Positions 20,177 through 28,961 of a stretch of DNA of 64,000 nucleotides are shown in pieces. Position numbers and translations under genes: made by a program. Numbering within the stretch: the first letter of the stretch is position 1; each line of letters begins with the position of its first letter. Source of the stretch: a virus (lineage: Duplodnaviria; Caudoviricetes); the IMG/VR virus record IMGVR_UViG_3300022173_000041, positions 9,678 through 73,677 of that record. One strand, 5' to 3'. Under the pieces are notes generated by a model. It did not search any database. It worked only from the letters and a program-made list of their open reading frames with translations, and was not told the DNA's origin.

Positions 20177-21237
20177 CCCCTTGTTCCAAATCCAATTGTT
20201 CTGAGTTGTATATTCTTGCCCTGATTGAACAGCTCGGCAACGGTGTATTCGCGCTTCTCAATAGGGATCGGCAGCTTCGCTACCTTGGCAGCCGCTTGTG
20301 CCTCGGTCAGGTTCAATGGTCTGGTGTGCATGACGCCAAAGCACCTACCCGGTCGGATCAACGCATGATCCACGCGACCAAAGTCAGTGATATTGGTTGT
20401 GAACACCATCTTCTTGTTCGGTAGTTTAATCAGGCCGTCAGACACGTTCAAGAAGCGAGACATCAGCTTGTTCCCGTCCTTCTCTCGGTCAGACAAGATG
20501 GTGTCAGCGTCTTCGATGATCATGATATCGCTATCGTCATCGAACAAGAAGTCCTGAAAGATGCTGTCCTTCTGCATCAGGCTCTCGTCATAGATCACAT
20601 GCGCGGTCAGCTTATGGTCGCTGATCAGATGCCGCAGCAACGTGGTCTTCCCAGTGCCGGGGGGGCCAGCAAGCATCAGCACAGCCTCGTCTGAGGCCAT
20701 GAAGTCTGCCAGATACTTCCTTGGGTCCCCAAGGTCGGGGTAATACTCAGGATGGATATCTGTACGAAGCGGCGGCAGGTAGACATCCTTGCTGTCCAGC
20801 CCGTGCTTGCCAACGAACCACCACTTCACAGAGCCAATCTTCTGGGCTTCGAAGTCCGCGCTGATCGCCTTCTTGAGGAACTCAGCAACGTCAGGCCGGG
20901 AGACAATATCGATCTTGATTTCCCAGACTTCCTTATGCTCCTCGGCATTTAGGAACATAATCACAGGGGCGCCAGTGATCTCACCACCGGTAAAGACCAT
21001 CTCATATAGGTCAACGCGATGGCTAACGATGGATACGGCGCGCGGAGACCCAGCCAAGTGGGATTTAGTCCTAGAGATAATATCAGCGATGGACATGGTT
21101 TTAGCGATAACGACTTCAATCTTAGCGTTGAAGAGATCGCCCGGGGTTTCAGCAATGAACTGTGTAGTAAGCTGATGGTTAAGACTGGTATCGACCGCAG
21201 ACATATGCTGCATGTCGAAGAAATTCTTGCCTGACAT
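20173..21237 (-). CDS. AAA+ ATPase
   Basis: Walker A GPPGTGKT, Walker B IMIIEDAD, VFTTN, DHALIRPGR; start at 21237 after AAGAGGG. Confidence 0.85.
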   Translation of the reverse strand: MSGKNFFDMQHMSAVDTSLNHQLTTQFIAETPGDLFNAKIEVVIAKTMSIADIISRTKSHLAGSPRAVSIVSHRVDLYEMVFTGGEITGAPVIMFLNAEEHKEVWEIKIDIVSRPDVAEFLKKAISADFEAQKIGSVKWWFVGKHGLDSKDVYLPPLRTDIHPEYYPDLGDPRKYLADFMASDEAVLMLAGPPGTGKTTLLRHLISDHKLTAHVIYDESLMQKDSIFQDFLFDDDSDIMIIEDADTILSDREKDGNKLMSRFLNVSDGLIKLPNKKMVFTTNITDFGRVDHALIRPGRCFGVMHTRPLNLTEAQAAAKVAKLPIPIEKREYTVAELFNQGKNIQLRTIGFGTRG

Positions 21238-21335
21238 TTTCCCTCTTACGTATTTTAGAGAATGCCAACGATCCCTGTAACGCCCCTTAGGACGTATCGT
21301 GGCTGGATCAATATTGTACTCTTCCCCAAGAAGCT

Positions 21336-21692
21336 CTATTGCCTCTTCTTGACTTCCCCGTTCATCATCTTCTTCCATCCTGAAGCCTTTGATCCCGGGA
21401 ACGGTTTCTTTGCTTTAGCGATACCGTATGTCTTTTTTAAGACCCGATCAGCTTTCTGCATTCGAGGGTTATCTTCGGTGAAGGTCTTCTTGTTGTGGCA
21501 AATCTTTATACAAAGCACCTTGCAGTTCTCAAGCGTGTTATCCCCGCCAAGACCGTCAGGTGTGTCGTGATCGTAATGGATGTTCCCAGCGGTAAGCTCT
21601 ATCCCGCAACCTTCACAGTGCGGGATACCCTTCTCGTTGCAGCAGCGCTTGAAGGCTAAGAACTTAACCCTTTTGGGGAATTCTTTCCGCAT
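21336..21692 (-). CDS. HNH endonuclease
   Basis: CEGCG...YDHD...GGDNTLENCKVLC..CHNKKT. Confidence 0.85.
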   Translation of the reverse strand: MRKEFPKRVKFLAFKRCCNEKGIPHCEGCGIELTAGNIHYDHDTPDGLGGDNTLENCKVLCIKICHNKKTFTEDNPRMQKADRVLKKTYGIAKAKKPFPGSKASGWKKMMNGEVKKRQ

Positions 21693-21855
21693 CGCGATAC
21701 ACCGGCACCGTTTCTAGAAAGAACTCCTTAGAGCTTTGAGAAAAAACAAGAAGGTCCATATCCTCACTAGCTCTACCAATGTCGGTATACGCGCGGATCA
21801 CCCCGCAAGATGAACCGTCGCCTTCTTTCCACCAAAGGACATGAACATCTTCCAT
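21664..21855 (-). CDS. Hypothetical protein
   Basis: 63 aa ORF tiling the operon. Confidence 0.5.
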   Translation of the reverse strand: MEDVHVLWWKEGDGSSCGVIRAYTDIGRASEDMDLLVFSQSSKEFFLETVPVYRDAERIPQKG

Positions 21856-21856
21856 G

Positions 21857-22171
21857 TCACTTCTTCCAGAATTTGCTGCGCTTCGTGTACTTGCGCTTCT
21901 TCTTGGCGCCAGTCTTTGCTGGTTTCGCTACAGAGCTAAACGGCTTCGCAGCAATCTTCTTGACGGGCTCCTCAGTCTTCAGGCCAGTCTCAATGAACGA
22001 ACAAATCCGGTCGGTTTCTTCCAAAAGCGGACTGCCAAGAACGTGCCCGCTTCTGATCAAGTCGGTGATTACCTGATGACGATAGGATCGCTGAGTGCCA
22101 GCAAGTTTGTTTTGAAGTTCATCGATCTGGCTAAACAGCTCATCGATGAGATTTTGATTTTGTCCGCTCAT
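21857..22171 (-). CDS. Hypothetical protein with basic C-terminus
   Basis: 104 aa, coupled by overlap. Confidence 0.6.
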   Translation of the reverse strand: MSGQNQNLIDELFSQIDELQNKLAGTQRSYRHQVITDLIRSGHVLGSPLLEETDRICSFIETGLKTEEPVKKIAAKPFSSVAKPAKTGAKKKRKYTKRSKFWKK

Positions 22172-22497
22172 AACCTACTCTCCGCTCTGTGTGTTGCCTC
22201 TATGGATTGCTGCTCGGAATGTCTCATTCGAAGGTATTCCATTTCCACCTTGAACCTGTTGGCTTGGCGCCGGGCCTCAACCATACTGGTTACGTGGGTC
22301 TTCCATTGTGGCGAAGACTTAACCAAAACTTCAGCGCGATTTACAGCAAGCCTCATGTTGTCGCTGAGAAGCGCACTGGTCATCTCAGCGAATACGGCGC
22401 TCTTGGTCTCTTCCAGTATCGAAGCAGCCGCGTCAGCGTCAACCCACTGGTTGGCGGCAACGCGGTACTGTTCGGATATGGGGCGGTTGTCTATCAA
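22168..22497 (-). CDS. Helical protein, possibly recombination-mediator (UvsY-like)
   Basis: WVDADAAASILEETKS...ARRQANRFKVEMEYLRM; lies in the recombination module. Confidence 0.5.
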   Translation of the reverse strand: MIDNRPISEQYRVAANQWVDADAAASILEETKSAVFAEMTSALLSDNMRLAVNRAEVLVKSSPQWKTHVTSMVEARRQANRFKVEMEYLRMRHSEQQSIEATHRAESRL

Positions 22498-22958
22498 CCC
22501 TTGTTCGCCAAATATTTGTCGATCTGGTCGGCAACCATATCAGGTGTTATCGCGCTATGGTTTGCTTGACGGGTAGTCTTCTTCCACCAGAGATACCCAT
22601 TGGTAATCTCAGTGGTTGGCTGCCATTTACCATGGCCCATAAAGATGTTTTGAGCTTCACTGTAAGGCATTGCAAAAGTTTGCGCCATAAATGAGGCTCC
22701 ATTGTCTTGATTGGCTACCGGTACTTCATCCCAGAGCTTTCTGGCAAGCCCCATCGCGCAGTGTTTGCAATCCCCGTAGTCCCAAACAAAGCCTTTCGGC
22801 CAAAACTCAGGGTGCCTCAGGGCATAAGAAAGAGCCCGCAAGGATGGCTTGGAAGCCGCATCCAAAAAGTTCGTGTTGGAAGCCTCTTCTGGAGTGGTCT
22901 TTGCAGCAAGCTCATTGGCTTCCCGCAACATCTTATCGATAGTGTCCTGATTACTCAT
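22494..22958 (-). CDS. Hypothetical protein
   Basis: 154 aa; WDYGDCKHCAMGLA motif. Confidence 0.65.
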   Translation of the reverse strand: MSNQDTIDKMLREANELAAKTTPEEASNTNFLDAASKPSLRALSYALRHPEFWPKGFVWDYGDCKHCAMGLARKLWDEVPVANQDNGASFMAQTFAMPYSEAQNIFMGHGKWQPTTEITNGYLWWKKTTRQANHSAITPDMVADQIDKYLANKG

Positions 22959-22973
22959 GGTGTTCCCTCTTGG

Positions 22974-23261
22974 TCAAAACGGAATGTCGTCGTCCATATC
23001 CGCGTTGGGCTTTGGTTGAGGTACATTTGGGGTCGGACGCTTGAATTTGCTAGCCCCACCCCCACCACCACCGCCATCTATTTTCTCTTGGCCGCGCTTA
23101 TCCTCTGAGATTTGTAGATATTGGTTTCCTGCGGCAGAAGTCTTCTCCCAGATCGAGATAGCGGTCTTGACGCCATCGATCTCAATCACGCCAGAATAGA
23201 CAGGCCCATTCTGAGCTGTCTTTGCGAATAGCGCTCCGCTTACGCGATAGTTACCCGGCAT
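22974..23261 (-). CDS. Small SSB-like protein
   Basis: OB-like N-half, Gly linker, acidic tail MDDDIPF. Confidence 0.65.
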   Translation of the reverse strand: MPGNYRVSGALFAKTAQNGPVYSGVIEIDGVKTAISIWEKTSAAGNQYLQISEDKRGQEKIDGGGGGGGASKFKRPTPNVPQPKPNADMDDDIPF

Positions 23262-24048
23262 TTACATTCTCCAGTTTCGGCAACTCGTTGATGGCCTTTG
23301 TCATTGAGGCATTGAGATTGGACGAAATCTTCGGCGCCGCCTTTTGCAACTCATCAAGAGCTAGCGCGTTCTTTCGAACCCACTCCCGCCCGATAGCATC
23401 GTTCTTGCTCGCCTTTACATAGGCGATGAGGATTTTACCGAAATCCACCCAGTCGCTACCGGTACCGTCTGCCGTCAGGTTCACAGGAACCTGATATGGA
23501 GCAATATCCTTAACCTGCGCCGATGGCTGGACATTGGTGGTGATGACATCGGGCTTTGGAGATACTGGCTTGCGGTCAACTGCCTGTTCCACCGCATTCC
23601 CGTCAGCGACATTGGCGTCATCGTCTTCCTCGGCTGCGATACCCAAGAGGCTCGTCAGCGAGTACCGCCGCATGAAGGTCAGCGCAGACCCGAATTGCTG
23701 GTTGCTACCGCCTTCCACGATCAGCGGCACCTGACAGGCCAGCCACTGCCCTGAGGAGTGCATCAGGCGCGTATCCAGAATGTACGTCCCCTGATCGTCC
23801 TTCATGATCTGAGTGAACCAGAGGCCATTGCTGGTAAGCGGACCACGGATGATATCGATGATGTGATCCAGCGTAGCGTATTTGAAGGAATACGAAGTCT
23901 TGCTTTGGTCGCGCGGCGATACCTTGACGGTACGATTGCGCTCTGGCGCCTTGATCTCTGACTGGGCCATAGCGAGTGCGGAGACCAACTCAGCGATCTC
24001 TTCGCTTCGAGTTGTATCAGTCCAGCGGGGTGATACGGATTGATCCAT
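23251..24048 (-). CDS. erf: ERF-family ssDNA annealing protein (alternative start 24099)
   Basis: YSFKYATLD, LTSNGLWFTQ, HSSGQW, QQFGSALTFMRRYSLTSLLGIAAEEDDDAN. Confidence 0.9.
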   Translation of the reverse strand: MDQSVSPRWTDTTRSEEIAELVSALAMAQSEIKAPERNRTVKVSPRDQSKTSYSFKYATLDHIIDIIRGPLTSNGLWFTQIMKDDQGTYILDTRLMHSSGQWLACQVPLIVEGGSNQQFGSALTFMRRYSLTSLLGIAAEEDDDANVADGNAVEQAVDRKPVSPKPDVITTNVQPSAQVKDIAPYQVPVNLTADGTGSDWVDFGKILIAYVKASKNDAIGREWVRKNALALDELQKAAPKISSNLNASMTKAINELPKLENVNAG

Positions 24049-24817
24049 TTTTGGCTCGCTTGATTTGTAAGAAGTGTCCGTAGATGCGTCTTGCGTCATG
24101 TGGCATCATTTCCTTTAGGGCAGCCTGTGCTTCATCGAAGTCCTTGGCTCCCTTCTTGTTGGCAATCCATTGTGACGCCATTGCGGCGTAATGGTTGTTT
24201 CCTGAGAAGTTTACCTCAATCATTTTGTCATGAGGTAGGTACACTGGCGCCGGTTCTATCACAACGGGCTCAGTCATATCCCAGACGTGGGTCATGAACC
24301 TGTTGGCTCTGGCCATCAGCTCGTCTGCGTAGTCTCTGTTGTAGTTGATGTATTCGATGTATGGTTCGGCGGCGCCAGCAATAATGGAGATGGCGCACTG
24401 CTTTGTTGCGGTGCATTCCATTTGCCAATGCATCTGCGGCATATAGCGCTGAATGATTGTATCAGTCTTCTCCCATCCACCAACGTGCTTAGTCTCCACA
24501 GGACACGCCAGCACATTATCGAAGCCATCAAGAGTAGCAGCGGCCCACCCATAATCAGGATGAACCACAACTGCCCCTCGGTTAACGAGTATGTTACCTG
24601 TCTTCTTCTCGTACCAGTCAAGGTTTAGTTGCTCCGTGGTTTCGCCAAGACGCACAGGCCAATTGTCTGAGAAGTCTGGCTCGACATAATCAGGACTACC
24701 AATCATCTCGCGCCAGAGATTGAGAATGCGATCCTTGTCGCCACTGACCAATGAGCCAATGGCGCTTGCGGTTAGCTTCCCTTCTCTGGCGGTCTTTTGT
24801 TCAGGAGTAAGAGCCAC
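24017..24817 (-). CDS. YqaJ-like viral recombinase exonuclease
   Basis: R..KLTAS, G...E, AATLDG, VETKH, RYMPQMHWQM motifs; adjacent to erf. Confidence 0.8.
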   Translation of the reverse strand: MALTPEQKTAREGKLTASAIGSLVSGDKDRILNLWREMIGSPDYVEPDFSDNWPVRLGETTEQLNLDWYEKKTGNILVNRGAVVVHPDYGWAAATLDGFDNVLACPVETKHVGGWEKTDTIIQRYMPQMHWQMECTATKQCAISIIAGAAEPYIEYINYNRDYADELMARANRFMTHVWDMTEPVVIEPAPVYLPHDKMIEVNFSGNNHYAAMASQWIANKKGAKDFDEAQAALKEMMPHDARRIYGHFLQIKRAKNGSIRITPLD

Positions 24818-25013
24818 GGAGTTTCTTCACCTTGTCCAAGATGTTGTTGGCGAACTGTTCGGCGCCTTCTGCATTCATCCCAACCCAAGCGACCTTCTCA
24901 CCAAAGTGGATGATCACATTGCCCTGATCAATGCCTACAGCAATGACCAAAGCCCCCTCATCGTGTTCGCTGATCTTCCCCTCGGGGAAAGTCCCCGTCT
25001 TTCCAATCTTCAT
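24801..25013 (-). CDS. Hypothetical protein
   Basis: 70 aa, FPEGKI..DEGAL motif. Confidence 0.65.
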   Translation of the reverse strand: MKIGKTGTFPEGKISEHDEGALVIAVGIDQGNVIIHFGEKVAWVGMNAEGAEQFANNILDKVKKLRGSYS

Positions 25014-25492
25014 GATCCCCTCTCCATTGCAAGCTTTGGTAGCTTAAAGTCTTTCTTTTCTCGGTCCCTCACTTTTATGTCCAAGGCATACCAGAACAGA
25101 ATATCTGATATGTCGCCCATGATCCTGAGGTAGCTAGTAACGTCCTTCAATACGGTAACGTGAACCATAAAAAAGAACACGGCCATCGTGACAAAAACGG
25201 CACGAAAGGTAGGTATCGCTGGCTGCGCGAGAACGAACTTGTTGAACACCTCAGGACCAATTGACTGAAGGTAGTATCTCATCCCGGCTATGATAATCAG
25301 CAGCAACATAACAAAAGCTGCTGGCCACATATTTCCTTGCTGGATCAGGAACGTGATACTCCAGAGACCATTCAGGAATATCAGTGTCCCAACGTAGACG
25401 CCAGTCCAGTCGAACGCCCAAAGATACAGATCATTCAGGCGCGCGACTAGATAGTCATCCAGCTTTCTGTAAAGCTCGAAGGGGCTTTTCAT
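25010..25492 (-). CDS. Multi-pass membrane protein
   Basis: Three to four hydrophobic helices in 160 aa. Confidence 0.65.
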   Translation of the reverse strand: MKSPFELYRKLDDYLVARLNDLYLWAFDWTGVYVGTLIFLNGLWSITFLIQQGNMWPAAFVMLLLIIIAGMRYYLQSIGPEVFNKFVLAQPAIPTFRAVFVTMAVFFFMVHVTVLKDVTSYLRIMGDISDILFWYALDIKVRDREKKDFKLPKLAMERGS

Positions 25493-25495
25493 GCA

Positions 25496-26623
25496 TCACC
25501 CGGTCTTCTTCAGGGCAGCCCTTTGAGCCTTGCCACGCGCAATGTTGTGCTTGATGATCAGCTCTGACTTGGTGGGCATCTTCCTCGGTTCCAACCGATG
25601 AATTTTCTGACCCTTGTCCATGTGGTCAACTATCAGCCTATACAGCAAGTCTCTTGCGCTTCCACCAGACGCCGCAAGCTTCTGGATGTTCGGATCATTG
25701 ATGGCGAACGTCTTGAGCTTCTGGCGCGATCTGGCGTCCACGACCAGCCGCTTACCATCCCAGAAGTTCTCATGGGAGACAAACAGGCGGGCGAGACTTT
25801 CGAGGAAGTTGCCGCGAAGATGCGTGGTCATATCCACGTACTTGACGCCCTTGATACCCCAGATTTCATCCATCACTTCGAAGAAGCGATAGGTGTTGTC
25901 GCGCATGGTCTGGATACCGATTTCTTCAGCCGTGCGCTGAAGGACGCCGGGCACACCAGCAACACCACCGCTATGGGCTGAACCCCGGTTGAGCATGATC
26001 GCTGCCTTGCAATAGACAAGCGCCGTCATCAGTTCGTTGCGGCTCATCTTCTGGTTCCAGCTCACGCGATTATACAGCGCGAAACTGGGATCGTTGTGGG
26101 TCAGTCCGTACAGGGTGAGCAGACCGTTGCTTTCCTCGCGAGCGTTTCGCAGGATCACATTGGGAGACATGGCTGTGCGGTTAAGGTTCATGGCGGTAAA
26201 CAACAGCTTCTCGCTTTCGCGATCAGTGTTGAAGCGAACCTCGGCGCCAAGGCGGATTGACGCGGCACGTTCCGGGTTCTCTACCGCGAACTTCCGAAAG
26301 TGGCTGACGCGCTGAAGGCCGTCAATGATGTAAACATCATCTTCCAGATGGAAGGAACCGCCGCGCGTAGTGAAGTGCTGTCCACGCATACCAAGCATAA
26401 TGTCTGGAATGCGCTCATTCTGTTCGATGGCGGCATAGAGTTTGGACTTTCGACCACGCCCGTGAATATCCAGAACTTCGCGCTGATAGTCGCCAACGCG
26501 CAATTCCAGAAGTGCAGGCAGATCAAGCCAGCCGTGTGCAACGATTGATCCGTCCGCACTCTTTTCATCCAGAGTAGCGTTCTGAAGGCGAACGGAAATG
26601 ATATCCCTATCAGGCTTAACCAT
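25496..26623 (-). CDS. ParB/Srx- or DGQHR-like domain protein
   Basis: IIDGLQRV motif, E..LF..MN; AAGAGGG RBS. Confidence 0.55.
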   Translation of the reverse strand: MVKPDRDIISVRLQNATLDEKSADGSIVAHGWLDLPALLELRVGDYQREVLDIHGRGRKSKLYAAIEQNERIPDIMLGMRGQHFTTRGGSFHLEDDVYIIDGLQRVSHFRKFAVENPERAASIRLGAEVRFNTDRESEKLLFTAMNLNRTAMSPNVILRNAREESNGLLTLYGLTHNDPSFALYNRVSWNQKMSRNELMTALVYCKAAIMLNRGSAHSGGVAGVPGVLQRTAEEIGIQTMRDNTYRFFEVMDEIWGIKGVKYVDMTTHLRGNFLESLARLFVSHENFWDGKRLVVDARSRQKLKTFAINDPNIQKLAASGGSARDLLYRLIVDHMDKGQKIHRLEPRKMPTKSELIIKHNIARGKAQRAALKKTG

Positions 26624-26650
26624 AGTATTTCCCTCTTGTTAGATTGTAGC

Positions 26651-26728
26651 GGTGGAGAAGGATGGGTACGACCCATCTATGGCGCCATCCTCGGTTATGG
26701 CACGGCTGTTATCCCAAGCGGCTCCCCC
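26651..26728 (-). ncRNA. Non-canonical tRNA-like cloverleaf
   Basis: 7-bp acceptor, 3-bp D arm with GG loop, 7-bp arm with 8-nt loop, 4-nt linker, 5-bp arm with 7-nt loop GUCGUAC. Confidence 0.5.
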
Positions 26729-26751
26729 CGCTTCGGCTTCCCCGTAAATGA

Positions 26752-27186
26752 TTACTCCATAGTGAATTCGCGAACGCCTTCGATGATGTGGTACGGAGAA
26801 CGCTTCTTGGCGGGACCCGGCTTAACTTTCTTCTTGGCAATTGACTTGCTCTGCGACTTTCCACTTGCCCGATGGGAAGGCTGCATTGGAGCAAGAACGT
26901 AAACGCCCGGGAGAAAATTCGCGCCGCGATCAAAGGCGACGACTTCAAGTCGCATAGATGGAGGAGTGTGATAACGAAACCACTTTGCGCCAACTTTCAG
27001 ATAGGTGCGGCTCTTAAAAACACGAACTGAAGTACACTTTGGTACTTGTCGCAAACAGGCTCGCGCAGCAGCACAACTGGAAGGGTCTTTAGTTTTTCCG
27101 CCAGAGATATCCTGACGGCTGACTTCGATCACAAGGCGAGACTTAGCGTCATGAACCGGCATTCCGTCGATCTTCAAATTCCGCAT
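26752..27186 (-). CDS. Hypothetical basic protein
   Basis: 144 aa after GAGGG RBS; SCAAARAC motif. Confidence 0.65.
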   Translation of the reverse strand: MRNLKIDGMPVHDAKSRLVIEVSRQDISGGKTKDPSSCAAARACLRQVPKCTSVRVFKSRTYLKVGAKWFRYHTPPSMRLEVVAFDRGANFLPGVYVLAPMQPSHRASGKSQSKSIAKKKVKPGPAKKRSPYHIIEGVREFTME

Positions 27187-27217
27187 TTTGAGTTCCCTCA
27201 ATTGGGTTTCGATATCC

Positions 27218-27260
27218 TCAGATACATACTGGGTATCTGACTGTCAAGCACAATCTGTGT
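27218..27260 (-). promoter_or_regulatory. Sigma70-like promoter with palindromic operator
   Basis: Minus-strand TTGACA-17 bp-TATCTG; perfect inverted repeat TCAGATAC-N7-GTATCTGA in the spacer; GCACAATCTGTGT motif adjacent. Confidence 0.5.
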
Positions 27261-27284
27261 GTTTACTATTATGGGACACGATGT

Positions 27285-27497
27285 TTACTTTTCTGGGCCA
27301 TGTCCAAGTAACATTGCGACGACGCTTTCGGCCCATAGGTTCTCACCACCGCGAGACCTTAGCCAGAACATCAGGCTTGGCCGGTCAAGATCAGCAATGT
27401 CCACACTATCCCACTTACCATCGGAGTTGATGGCTCGGACATAAATCCCAGTCTCCATCGCCCCGACGCGATCACCCACCTTCAGATCATCACTCAT
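27285..27497 (-). CDS. Hypothetical protein
   Basis: 70 aa after AAGGGG RBS; GIYVRA...WDSVDIADLD. Confidence 0.6.
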   Translation of the reverse strand: MSDDLKVGDRVGAMETGIYVRAINSDGKWDSVDIADLDRPSLMFWLRSRGGENLWAESVVAMLLGHGPEK

Positions 27498-27542
27498 GGT
27501 TTTTCCCCTTGTGGTCCTTGCCAATATACATTATGGGTATAG

Positions 27543-27764
27543 ATGCAATCTGCAAGGAGGCTGCTAGTGCTTTTACGTGAATGGATGGATCAGAAGAACG
27601 TAGACGTTCTTGCTCTAGCTGGCGCCCTAGGCGTTTCGCCGCATACGGTCAAAAAGTGGCTTAGATGTGGCCAAAAAGACGGAAGAACCCCAAGACCAGT
27701 GATGCAATCCAAGATAAGAGAATACACTGGAGGGGAAGTAATGCCAAATGATTGGGTAGCCTAG
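27543..27764 (+). CDS. Cro-like HTH regulator
   Basis: LAGALGVSPHTVKKW helix-turn-helix; GEVMPNDW end; first gene of a divergent unit. Confidence 0.75.
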   Translation: MQSARRLLVLLREWMDQKNVDVLALAGALGVSPHTVKKWLRCGQKDGRTPRPVMQSKIREYTGGEVMPNDWVA

Positions 27765-27765
27765 A

Positions 27766-28308
27766 ATGTCAGACGTGGAAGTTGGCTTAGTTCCGAAGGT
27801 TAAGAGGATCGGTAACTACAAGAGAATTCAACCAGACAGTCCGTGGGATGAAGGAAGCATGGAGCTTCTTACTAGATGGTGGGAGCTTGGTAGGACCGCT
27901 AAGGAGATAACCGACAAGCTAGTAGAGTTGGGGTATTCTATTACCCGTAACGCCGTTATTGGTAAGGCGAATAGGATGAACATCAAGCAGCCGCCTCGGG
28001 ACTTTTCCCCGAAGGACAAAAAGAACAAACCCCGGAAGCGGATCATTGTCCCCGCCACGGACCCGCGCGCCAAGATTTGGGGCAGGAAGAAGACTGTTCT
28101 CCCGACGTTCATTGAGACCAAGAAGCTTGATCCCAATAACCCGGGCATTCCGATCACGGAGCTGACTGACGGGAAGTGCAAGGCCATCGTTCGGGACGGC
28201 ACGTTCAATTCGCTTGCTACATATTGTGGTGAGCCGGTTGACCGACGCTCGTTCTGTGCTGGCCATGCTGAGATTTACTACCAGCCGCCAATGCTACGGC
28301 GCCGGTAA
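27766..28308 (+). CDS. gcrA: GcrA-family regulator
   Basis: W......L..WWE.G.TAKEI...ITRNAVIGKANR; C-terminal TELTDGKCK...YCG...FCAGH..YYQP. Confidence 0.85.
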   Translation: MSDVEVGLVPKVKRIGNYKRIQPDSPWDEGSMELLTRWWELGRTAKEITDKLVELGYSITRNAVIGKANRMNIKQPPRDFSPKDKKNKPRKRIIVPATDPRAKIWGRKKTVLPTFIETKKLDPNNPGIPITELTDGKCKAIVRDGTFNSLATYCGEPVDRRSFCAGHAEIYYQPPMLRRR

Positions 28309-28475
28309 TGAAACTGATCAGAGTTGTTGCACCGCACTTCGTCGCTGGTTTTGAGAGTGACGGCACCATCAAACGCGCGGCTCCTATCATGAGCTATATG
28401 GTTGGATGGTCGGACGACAAAGCCCGCGAGTACATCCTTTCAAAAGGATGGAAAGCCAGTGTTATAGAGAATTAA
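28308..28475 (+). CDS. Small hypothetical protein (55 aa)
   Basis: TAATG overlap; MKLIRVVAPHFVAGF...AAPIMSYMVGW; below the ORF-track cutoff. Confidence 0.6.
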   Translation: MKLIRVVAPHFVAGFESDGTIKRAAPIMSYMVGWSDDKAREYILSKGWKASVIEN

Positions 28476-28631
28476 CGAGGCAGACGAACTGGCACGTCGT
28501 TCACGGTGAGACCTTAACCCTCCTAGGTGAGAGCTTAGGAGGAAGGGCCTACACCATGTCAGTGACAACTCGGGAGAGACCGGGAGAACCCGGCTGGAGG
28601 GCCTAACTCACTCCCCTCAAAGCCGGGAACT

Positions 28632-28719
28632 GGAAGGGTGGCAGAGCGGCTTATCGCAGCGGTCCTGAAAACCGAAGTGGGGCAACCCACCGGGGGTTCA
28701 AATCCCTCCCCTTCCGCCA
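28632..28719 (+). tRNA. tRNA-Ser(UGA), atypical C33
   Basis: GGAAGGG/CCCTTCC acceptor, G73, encoded CCA, long variable arm, TTCAAAT T-loop, anticodon loop CC-TGA-AA. Confidence 0.9.
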
Positions 28720-28720
28720 A

Positions 28721-28927
28721 TTACTTCCAGTGTGGAAACGCCGTGGCTGGCAAGAACCCAGTCAGTATCTGGATGAGCCATAAGCACACGATCACGATCA
28801 GGATCACCTTGACCACGGTCATGAAGGGCTCTGGGATGGGCAAGACACCCAAGATGGTAGTCACAGCCCAATAGAGAAGCCCGCAGACAAGTATCGCAAT
28901 CAGTAGGGAAATTAGCGAACTGGCCAT
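28721..28927 (-). CDS. Small two-TM membrane protein
   Basis: LISLLIAILVCGLLYWAV...LPIPEPF..VVKVILIVIVCLWLI. Confidence 0.7.
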   Translation of the reverse strand: MASSLISLLIAILVCGLLYWAVTTILGVLPIPEPFMTVVKVILIVIVCLWLIQILTGFLPATAFPHWK

Positions 28928-28961
28928 TCCAAAACCCTCCATTGGATATATGTTAAGGGGC

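Noticed and set aside
21238-21378. 47-aa N-terminal extension of the AAA ATPase in the ORF track
   Set aside because: Overlaps the HNH gene end; a strong AAGAGGG RBS supports the start at 21237
26651-26728. Cloverleaf as a Y RNA with a Ro60 partner
   Set aside because: No TROVE/Ro60 gene is seen; the VWA protein is DUF2201-type
28632-28719. tRNA genes as attP sites of a prophage
   Set aside because: No integrase, no duplicated tRNA end and no host flank in the window; cannot be excluded for the unseen part
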